Of a stretch of 64,000 bases of DNA, positions 17,132 to 27,255 are shown one piece after another. The position numbers and the translations under genes are program-made. Within the stretch, counting starts at the first letter, position 1, and each line of letters starts with the position of its first letter. The DNA is taken from positions 36,208,001 through 36,272,000 of the forward strand of contig CM022670.1 of the NCBI GenBank assembly GCA_012295275.1, in the 5' to 3' direction. Under the pieces are notes generated by a model. It was not told where the DNA came from. It was given only the letters and a program-made list of their open reading frames with translations, and searched no databases. Source of the DNA: Chrysomallon squamiferum. Taxonomy: Eukaryota; Animalia; Mollusca.

Positions 17132-19344
17132 TGGTTGAGCAAAAATCAAAGTCCAAATTAGAATCAAATGCTAAAAAGAAGAATGTGACAAAAGATGAAA
17201 TAACAAGTAAAAAATCAGTTAAAAAATCAGAGAAACAACCTTTGAGAAAAGGATCTTCAGTTAAAGAGTCTAAAACAGCAGATAAAAAAACAAAACCTGA
17301 GAAAAATGTTATGTTTCATGAACTGAAAAGTGAAAAGTCCAAAAATAAAGCACCCAAAAACCTTAAATGTAGGCTATGTGACAAAGTGTTTGATTCTGTA
17401 AAACAGTACATAAACCACACTCGCATCCCTTGCAAGATGAAAATTACCAGAAAATGGTCTCAGAAGGTTTTAAGACCCAACAGATCTGTACCTCCAGCTT
17501 GGAAGCCAAGACCAGGTAAAAGAAAACTGAGAGATCTCAAGAAAGTAAATCCAATTCAAACCCAACGCTGCCAAAAAATACCAAGAACAAAATTCAGACC
17601 TGCAACACCACAACTAAGCATCACTGAATCATTTAAAGAAAAACAGCTTCTACCACAACATGAAACTGATGTAAAGAAACTGACAGAAAAACAATTCTTT
17701 TTTTACAAATTAGGTTTAACATGTTCAGATCATTTTCTGTTGAAAAATCCTAATGGTTATATAAAACCAAATGACCAACTTTTTACAGTACATACAGGAA
17801 GTATTTCAAACAACGAAGATATTCCTGTGACTGCTTTTTGGGAAAAAGGTTGTTCTTTCGTTAAGGAAGGCAAAGAAACTTCAGATGAGATTTCACAATA
17901 TAACACTGTAAATTCTCCAAACATTTTGCTGAATTCCAAGAATGTAAATCATTCAACACCAGAAAAACATTTAACACTGTCACCATCAGCTCCAGCCAGT
18001 TCTAATGTTTACAGTGGAACTGAAGCATCTCTTAACAGTAAAGAACAGTATTCTGTACCAAAAATAACTGCAATGGGCTTTGTGAAATCTCCTCAGAAAA
18101 AGGAAGACAGAAATTTATTTGAAACGCTTGGTAGGGAAATGATTTCCAAGAAACAGCCAGTATCACTTTCAAGAACAAACATAACTTCTCTTCCTCAAAG
18201 ACTGGCAGAGCAGACAAACAAGGATATATTTGGTTTTCTTTCCAAAAGCTTTGGCATTGAGTCTTTAGATGATTCATTTTTAAAAAACATTAAAGAAAAT
18301 GATAACCAGCATGTATCACCACTCAAATCTGCAATCAAAAAGAACTTGGGATCTTTGGTGCTGTCATCTCATGAAATATCACAGAATTCAAGGCACGTTC
18401 CAGGATATTCTCATCCATCAATGCACCATTCACCCTCTGTGCTAATTCCATCACCTATGAGACTATTAGCCCCACATTTCATTTCACCACAGTGCAGCTC
18501 AAAAAAGGGCATAGTTTCTCAGGAACAAAATATTAGGGCATCTGACTCTGAGAGTAACATAAACCACGCAGTTAGAAAATTACATTTCAATTCAAGTCAA
18601 ACATTTACAGATACCAAACAAAATAACTGTTTCATCACCTGCAAAACATCGGTACTTGACAATCCAGTGACAAATAATTGCCACAAAAATAACAAATGCA
18701 CATTCGAAAAAGATAATGTAAAATATATACCTTCTACAGAAAACAGAAATAGCTTAGGAAACGATGAGACCAGCCACAGATTATCCAAAGCTGAAAATAC
18801 ATTTTGTTCAAACAAACAATCATGTTTGAAGGCAGAAAATGAAAGCAATAAAGTTAATCATAGTGGAGATTCAGCACTGAATGCAGCATGTACACTTCCA
18901 TCACAAGTGAATCATTGCAATGGTATTTGTTTGTCAGACCAGGGAAGTACTAGTGCTGAGGATACGAGAAGCACAGACACTCTGAACACTGATGCTGACA
19001 CACCAACACTAAAAACAAACTGCAGTGACATAGAGGTTTGTATGCTGGAAAGTAGTGATGAGATTATGGTAGGTGATGAATCTCAGAACATGATTGTTGA
19101 TGATGAAATGCCTGAAGTGACTGTGGAGATTGTTGATCACATCACTTCTGACATGTTGGATGATACGCAGGATGTAACTTACATCATCATAGAAAGAGAT
19201 GATGTAAAACAATACATTGACAGTCTGGAGGAAATCACTAATGCAACGGACAGTGTAGTAAAATGCAATGATACAGAAGAAACGGCCAATACCTTAATAC
19301 AAATTCATTCATATTTGTTAGATGACAGAACAAAATGCAGTTGA
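17128..19344 (+). CDS. Zinc-finger protein, downstream ORF in the -1 frame (~738 aa from the first ATG); probably the C-terminal part of the same gene
   Basis: The frame is open from 17098 to the TGA ending 19344. It has a Lys-rich segment, a third finger of the same type (CRLCDKVFDSVKQYINHTRIPC), a basic NLS-like PRPGKRKLR and an acidic C-terminus. It overlaps the end of the upstream ORF. Confidence 0.85.
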   Translation: MMVEQKSKSKLESNAKKKNVTKDEITSKKSVKKSEKQPLRKGSSVKESKTADKKTKPEKNVMFHELKSEKSKNKAPKNLKCRLCDKVFDSVKQYINHTRIPCKMKITRKWSQKVLRPNRSVPPAWKPRPGKRKLRDLKKVNPIQTQRCQKIPRTKFRPATPQLSITESFKEKQLLPQHETDVKKLTEKQFFFYKLGLTCSDHFLLKNPNGYIKPNDQLFTVHTGSISNNEDIPVTAFWEKGCSFVKEGKETSDEISQYNTVNSPNILLNSKNVNHSTPEKHLTLSPSAPASSNVYSGTEASLNSKEQYSVPKITAMGFVKSPQKKEDRNLFETLGREMISKKQPVSLSRTNITSLPQRLAEQTNKDIFGFLSKSFGIESLDDSFLKNIKENDNQHVSPLKSAIKKNLGSLVLSSHEISQNSRHVPGYSHPSMHHSPSVLIPSPMRLLAPHFISPQCSSKKGIVSQEQNIRASDSESNINHAVRKLHFNSSQTFTDTKQNNCFITCKTSVLDNPVTNNCHKNNKCTFEKDNVKYIPSTENRNSLGNDETSHRLSKAENTFCSNKQSCLKAENESNKVNHSGDSALNAACTLPSQVNHCNGICLSDQGSTSAEDTRSTDTLNTDADTPTLKTNCSDIEVCMLESSDEIMVGDESQNMIVDDEMPEVTVEIVDHITSDMLDDTQDVTYIIIERDDVKQYIDSLEEITNATDSVVKCNDTEETANTLIQIHSYLLDDRTKCS

Positions 19345-22300
19345 AATATAGTTTATTGCAACTGTTTGTTATTGTTTAGGGTGAGATCTGGGTTTTATTT
19401 TTATACATTAGTTACATTTTTATATTCTTTGTTAGATTATTTGTTTTTATGATTAAATATATTCACCTCATGACAATTTATTATTGTATACATTTATCAG
19501 TCATTTATTATAATTTACATTTAGCTGACATTTATCATTGTATGAATTTATTTACTAATAACCACTGTATACTTGTGTCACAAAAATTTTATCTTCAGTC
19601 TTTACACTTGCTTATTAATAATTGTTTGCTCTTAGAAACTGTCTCAGTCTAACATTTTTAAGTTTTTTAAATATGTTACTTAATAACAGTTATAGTGTTG
19701 TTTCATTGTACTTTATTTAAATTGTAATCTTCTGTTAGTGTCATTTTCAGGTGCTAGTCAATAAAGATTAATTACCTTGTTGATTTTCACATGAAGTGAA
19801 ATAAAATCTCTATTTTAGTATTTATACAATATTTTCAGTGTTGAAAACACTATATATGTCAATTATGTATCTAATTATCTTTGACAATGACATTTATCAG
19901 TATCTGTACATTCACTGTATTATTTCCAGTTGTTTTATCAAAGTTTGATATATGAACTTTTCTGTCTATGGACATCAATGTATTATTAGTTACCTTGCTG
20001 CTACTCTGTAGGAATAGGCAAGAGTGGTGACAGAGGGTTTGCTTAATTGTTGAATAACTCTCAAGTTAATATCATCAAACATTTATCTAAAGTTTCTTGT
20101 TAATACATTTGTTGATGAAGAGGGAAAATAAGAAAAATAAACCATTGATAATGATGCAATTTATTTGTAATTACATAGAAAATTAAACTTCTTGTTTTGT
20201 ATTCTCAAAAGTTTAAATTGTTTTACATGTACATTACTGTTAGTGTAATGCATGGTAGTTGCACCCATACAAAACTGATTTATAGTTCAACTGTATTTGT
20301 AATTCATTAATGTTACAATGAATTTGTTTCTTTGAATGTGTATGACAGCATGTAAAAAACAAAACATGTTATTGTTTTATATTATTTACTTAAGAAGTTA
20401 CAAGTTAAATTTTTAAATCATTATATCAGGAATACATTTACTGGTAGATTTCAGACAAATTTTTATATTAACATTAACAAAAACAAAATACTTTTATTTA
20501 CTTACAAAATATGAATATAAATGTGTACACTATACTGCTACTACTTGTTGAATAATTATTTTTCAGTTCATTAGTCCCACGGAATTCTTCTTTGTGTTAG
20601 TAATGTTTCATTTATTTATTTTGTATTTATTTATATATGTAACCTAAATGCTGTGCTAACATGTTTCATGTTTACCTTTTCATTTTTAAATTTAAAATAC
20701 ATGTTTTAGATGTTTTCTGTTCTCACAAAGAAACAGAATGTATATTGTGATAGTTTTTACAGTTAAATTCATGTACAGTTTTTGTAAAGGGTTAAAAATA
20801 ATTTTAAATTCAAATGTACACATATTTTTTGTTATTATTAGTGTTTAAAATTTTTTAATTTTTTTTTTATTACATTTTAAAAGATTGTACACAAAACAAA
20901 ATTTTAAACATTATATTATTTTAATGTCTAGGTACCTTAAATTTTAAATATATGTTACTTTTTGTATACATGTTAATGGAAGAAACGTATATTCAGTATA
21001 AAAGTGAAACAATAAAACAACCAAACTCTCAACATATATCAATTTATATTTTTTATTATTATCAGTATTATTTACTTATATATTAATTATTTCTTCCTTT
21101 TGGGGGGGGGGGGGAAACAAATAATAATAAGAAGAAGCTATTCATCTTCCTATTACTCATATTGTATCAAATATCCATACTCTTTAAATTTATAAATGCT
21201 TCTAGCCAAGAAAAATACATTTATTGTAAAACAATATTAATAAGTTATAAACTGAACATTTTTAAAACTGGTTTATTATTAATATATTTTTTTAAATGTG
21301 ATAATAATTTATGCATGTTACAAAGGTACCAAATGATTATTATGTATTATGTCTGGTATTTTAATAAAATATTACTTCCAGTATTTGTTGTACTCATATT
21401 TGTTTTAATTTAATTTAATTTAATTTAAAAGGCAATAAAATATTATTTATGATTATTTCACCTCAGATACAGTCTTGCATACTTTTTTCACAAATTCAGC
21501 AGTAGCTATCTGCTGAAAATAAACTGTTTACATTCACCGTGAGCAAGTATTTTTGTTTGTCCACAAAATTTTAAATACTACAGTAATTAAATATTTTAAT
21601 TTCTGTTGCATTTTGAATGTATTAAACATTCAAATTACTTGAAAGTTCCAATTCATGCTGGTCCTGGGAATATGAATGTTTTCCTTTGTTATTACAATAG
21701 AATGTATGTTGATATTATCAGTTTTATATAAAAATTAAAATTTACCATTTCTATCCATGTCAAAAATAATATTAATTTTCAAGCAAGTTTGCTCAAGGGA
21801 GGTAACCCGTGCATGTTGGACCAGAACCTTAACGTTTACAACGATTATTATGATCAGCTAAATGTGACTTTTTATGTCTTGCATTAGTCACAATAGAATA
21901 AACAGAAGAATAAATCATAAACTGTTTTTGTCAAAACTTCGATCTAAACTAAGAATTTAAGAATATAAAGAATTCAAGTAAATATTCTTCGTGTTTATAA
22001 ACTTACGGAAGTTTTTATTTTTTTTTTTTGTTTGTTTTTTCTTTTTTTTCTCCAGTTTTAATCTACGGCGAAGTGAAGCAACAAAATGAATAGTTTAAAT
22101 ATGGACTGTGTGTGTGTGTGTGTCATTACGTCATAACGTACAGGACGGACGGATTTTCTCTAAATTTCTTCTAGCATCAGAAAAAAACAAAAAACTCAGT
22201 TGTGAAGCGATTACATGGCGACCTTCAAATGTTTGTGATAGTATTATTTGCTTGTCATGCGTTGTTATTAATGATCTACAAAGATCGCCCAAAACAATAT

Positions 22301-23630
22301 ACATGTATGATCATGTAATAAATAAAAGTGTAAAGAATTTTGTTACCATCATTAATTCGTTCATAGTGCCATAATTACGCGGAATTGATCCCCGTCTTCC
22401 TTCACTTTCCATCGCTGTCATGAAATAAATAAATAAATAAATGTACTTATTTTGTCATTTATTATTATTTTATTCATGTGAAAATGTACTAAAAACCCAA
22501 ACAAAAACAAATAAAATATCTAAAAATACATTTGAATTATAACGTACACAACTTTTTGTTGAAAAAATACAGTTCTTTTAAGTGGTTAACAAATTCACTA
22601 TTACTCTCCAAATATAAGGCTTGTTTAGAGCTATGAATATAATTATGGTGCATGTGAATCCTTCACTTTTATATTTTTGAATTAAAATAAGAAAAAGTGT
22701 TTCAAATAAAGAACTGAATGATAAACAGACATAGTTTATTATGTTTTGAATATTTTCACCAAACAATTTATAAAATATGTTTATAACTTGTAAAATCTAA
22801 ATAGGATATATTTATGCGAGTATCTTTCAGCATGAAAATGTTTTGGTTTGAGGTTTTCACCAAGGGAGACTACTTGCAAACAAAAAAAGTTAATCTAACA
22901 AACTCTTTATTGTTTTGAGAAAGGAAAATATGTAGTTCCGCCATATTCAAAACATTGGAAGCTTGTTCTGACATGCTTCGATCAAAATTTTCATTTCATT
23001 ATTTTATGTTTTTGTTTGGACCATCGTTAATACTTAACCTCTAATTTAATTTTAAGGTACATATGTTCTGGAATTAAAATATAGAACATTTTCGAAGTTA
23101 TACGTGATAAAATAATCAATAAATCTGGTTTAACCAAGTGGCAAATGCAAAAATCAAAATTGCCATCTAAAATAAGTAACTAATGTTGACAAGCATGTAT
23201 ATAATGCATTATATATTTTGCATATAAAGAAACAAAATGTATATTTGCTCCCTTTTATTTTTAATCCATCCATTGTTATTTTCAAGGTACAAAAAATGTA
23301 AAATATATTTAATGATAATAAAATATAATGAGTGTTAGTTTTGGAAATTAAAGAGGGTTGTCAGTCATACACAACCCACAAAGACCAGTTATAACAGCAA
23401 TAATAATGGTAACTTCAGACAGCTATTAAATAATATGCTACCCAATTTGTGTAACATGCAAAATAAACATTGAAAATGTGAAATATTTTGTTTTTGTACA
23501 AATGTGCAAACACAAGTAAAAAAGTATATTTTTGTCTATTTTAGTTGCATTTTCATATAATAATAATAATAATTAATTTATTTACTTATTTATTTATTTG
23601 CTTATTTATTTATTTTTGATCAGGATTACA

Positions 23631-26600
23631 ATGGCAACCAAAGCCTCATCAAAAGCTCAACAAAAATTTACAAATATCCGTCGTCGACTTGACCAGCTTG
23701 GATATCGTCAGCCACTTGGAATAGAATCTCTTCCTCTTGTTGAAAAACTCTTTGCTGATTTAATTCACACAACAGAAAGTTTAAAACAAGCCAAATTAGA
23801 ACAGAGTAAACACAACACAGATACTGTAGAGGTTGTTTCAGCTGTTGAACCGTACAAAAGTGACAATGCTAAACTGGTGCGTGAAAATAATGAACTGCAT
23901 ATGCAGATCATTAAAACAAAAGAAGAATATGATGCTACAATAAGAGGTAATAATAATTTTTGTAAATTTTAAAAATAATATTGTGAGTTCGTTACACGAA
24001 AAATTTCTAAATGTGTGAGATATGGTGCACCATTTTACATTATCATTTTTAGTAAATAACATCATTTAGATTTGATAGTCTCTTTAAAAACAGTAAACTA
24101 AAATTTGATATATACAGCATTAATTTCCATAGTCATTTTTAATAAAAGATCTCATTTAGATTTAATAATCTCTTTAAAAATAATAAACTAAAATTAAGAT
24201 ATCTGTGCAAAAGCAAAATCAGAAATTGTTGTATTACATGAATTGGACATTTAACTCTTTAATAATTTTTATTCATTATTATTAAACTGGGTAATATTTT
24301 GATTGCCTTTATTTTGTATTATATTTATTTTATACATCATATTTAGAATTTAAATGACAATTACAGAAAGGTTAAATTTTGTTTTAAACTGAAAGTTCAA
24401 GCTTCAGTTACATGTGTTCATCCATGACTGAAGGTTAATCATTTATTTAAAACTTGTTTTACTGTTACTATTAACATTATGCACTGAACTGATACTGTTG
24501 CAGTATTAATAATCTGTTAAAAACTTTGTTATCCAATTACAGAATTCAAAGCATCTTTACGGAAGTTGGAGCATGAAAACACAGATCTGAAATTTTTAAA
24601 CAATCAGTATGTGCACAAAGTACGACAGCTTGAGAAGGAAGTTATGGATAAATCTGACAGGATACTCAAGTTGCAGGAAAAAAATGCCCATGCAGTTGTA
24701 CAAACTCCAGGTGAGCTCACTTTCTGAAAGTAAATCTTTGGTTATATTTATAATTAATCTAAATAACTTTAGTTTGTGTCCAGTTTCTAAAATTTGTTAA
24801 TTTCTTTTGTATTGTTATAAAATATATTGATAAAATAACAAACTTGTCAGTAGACATCTTCTCTTTTATCATACATTTCATACGTAGAAATGGTTTACAC
24901 TTACATTGTGCGTACACACACACACATACACATGTATATACAAACACATAAATACAAGATAAAACAAATATTGCATATTATATTTAGTGTTATACTTAAT
25001 AATAAGCAAATGTTGACAGTACAAAACAAAATCACTGATCACTGCAAAATATGTAACAGCCATTTATTATTTGTGTATTTTATAAATAGTTCAACTGCAG
25101 TTGAACAAATTTATTTTATTTAAATGATCCATATTCAAAAACAAATTTATATATATATATATATATGTCAAAATTTGTTTTTGAATATGGATCATTTAAA
25201 TAAATATTTCCAACTGCAGTATATATATATATATAGATATATGTATATCTGAAAACCAGCCTTTGTCTAATCTGGATTTCTCTATAACCTGTGATACCAT
25301 TTCAAAATCTTATCATCTATTGTTAATCTATTATGGTCAAAACCCTGTCTAATCCAGATTCTCTTTCTACTTCAGATTTAAATTGTGAATTTCAGAACAA
25401 AAGAATAATTTATATAGTATCTAGCATTGTCATCAATGGCACACACTTTTCTAGTGCAATCTCTTCAAAAACATGATGACGACAGTTTGCATATAATTAG
25501 ACTAACTTTATAATTAGATAAACAAACTTTCATACACTGACCAAACATCTGTAATATTATAATATATATATTATTTATTTAATTATCATTTTATTTTATT
25601 TATTCTCATTGCAGGTGGCAAAAAGAAGAATATTCCATTCCGAAGACAGAGAATGGAAACAGACTGTACTCTTCCTTTCAGTGATGGCCCATCGTACAGA
25701 GTTCCCGCTCCTAATGATCCTTATGTTGCAGACCTCCTGCAAGTCGCTGATGCCAGAATAGAAGATCTGGAAGCCCAACTGCAGAAACTAGAGGATGAGA
25801 ACTGTGTTATGGACAGAAAATTGAAGACTTTCAGACAACAGGTAAGTTTGTGGAATGTTAGTATTTAGTGTTGGAAAATAAATAAAAATCTAGTTTGTTT
25901 AGAAAGTGCTGAAGACATCTGCTTCTTTAAAAAATAGATGATTTTTTTACCCCTGTTCTTTTCTTTTAATGAGCCAATTAGTTTTATTTTTGTTTGTTTT
26001 ATAAAAGTGTATAAAAAAACCCATACAAAACAATTTATATGTAAAACTTATATGACTTTACAAATTGTCTCCCATTCATCAAACCATTACAGTGTCAACA
26101 GTTCTAAAAGTGTTTGTTTGTTCCAAGTAATGATTAAATATAAATAACAACTGATTTTACTGAAACTACAAAACCTATTCAAAATTTTGAATTATTTCAG
26201 AAGATCTGTGTGCAGTGTAAAATTACAATTTGCATTGGGTGTTGTAGTTTGAAAAATAAAAAAATATGACAAAAATGATATTAATAACAAAATATTTATT
26301 GTTAATCATAATGCTTTTTTATAAGTTAAACATTTGTTTCAATTAAAATACATAATAATAGTAGTAGTAGTAGTACTAATAGTATTACTTCTAATACACC
26401 TATTAATAATAGTAATGACAAGAACAACAACATCAGTTAATTTATTTATTTTGGTTTAGAACTTTATTTTTCTCAAGATTGTGTATGATTACATGGGTGA
26501 ACTGCCTTCTGGATAGTTTCTTATAAAAAAGTTACATGTGTGTGCATTTAAGAAACAAAAACCCACATACTGTAGTGAAACAGCCTCTTGTGTATATATT

Positions 26601-27192
26601 TTTGGTATTGTTAATGTCAGAACGACAGAATTGCTCAGATTAGTCATGGATTGCTGCCCTTGTTTTACGCCAGTCATGCATTTTGTAATTTAACAGTTAG
26701 GGGTTGATGTGATCTGCTGGCCCACCTTGGTGAGCTATTATAAACTGACATATGTCATGAATTATATCTGGGAAAGAACAAAGCTAAGAAGCAAAATTTG
26801 TTATGGGTTATAGTGGAACTGATGAACTTGTTTGTTTATACCAAGTTTTAGTTTTTTTTTTTTTTTTAAATACAATATTTTAGCTTAGCTATGTTTTATA
26901 ACTGAATATACTGATCTCTTTATGGAAAACTGTATAAGATCTATTGTTGCCTGTTAACTGACAATAATTATAGTTCCTTTTTAAGCTTGTTAACTGTAAT
27001 TAGCACTTCATGTTTTTGTTTGTTTTTGTAATCATCATAAACTGAAAGAAACTTTACGTGTAAAATAATACAAATTAATTTTCATTACTTTTAAAATTTC
27101 TAAAAATGTCTTTAATCTTATTCATTTAAGTTTTGTAAAATAATAATAATAATAATTTATTTATTTATTTATTTATTTGTTTATTTGTTTGT

Positions 27193-27255
<63 letters not shown>

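Noticed and set aside
17040-17200. A small intron or a calicivirus-type TURBS explaining the ORF1/ORF2 junction
   Set aside because: Nearby AGs lack a polypyrimidine tract (the region is A-rich), and I find no TGGGA motif in the ~90 nt upstream of the stop.
21860-21900. miR-153-like word TTGCATTAGTCACAAT
   Set aside because: There is an insertion in the seed region and the stem is too short for a pre-miRNA.
25250-25385. Repeated TGTCTAATC(T/C)(G/A)GATT words suggesting a DNA-transposon remnant
   Set aside because: The sequence is too decayed to define termini or a family.
26640-26665. miR-281-like word GTCATGGATTGCTG
   Set aside because: Only a partial match, with no complementary arm.
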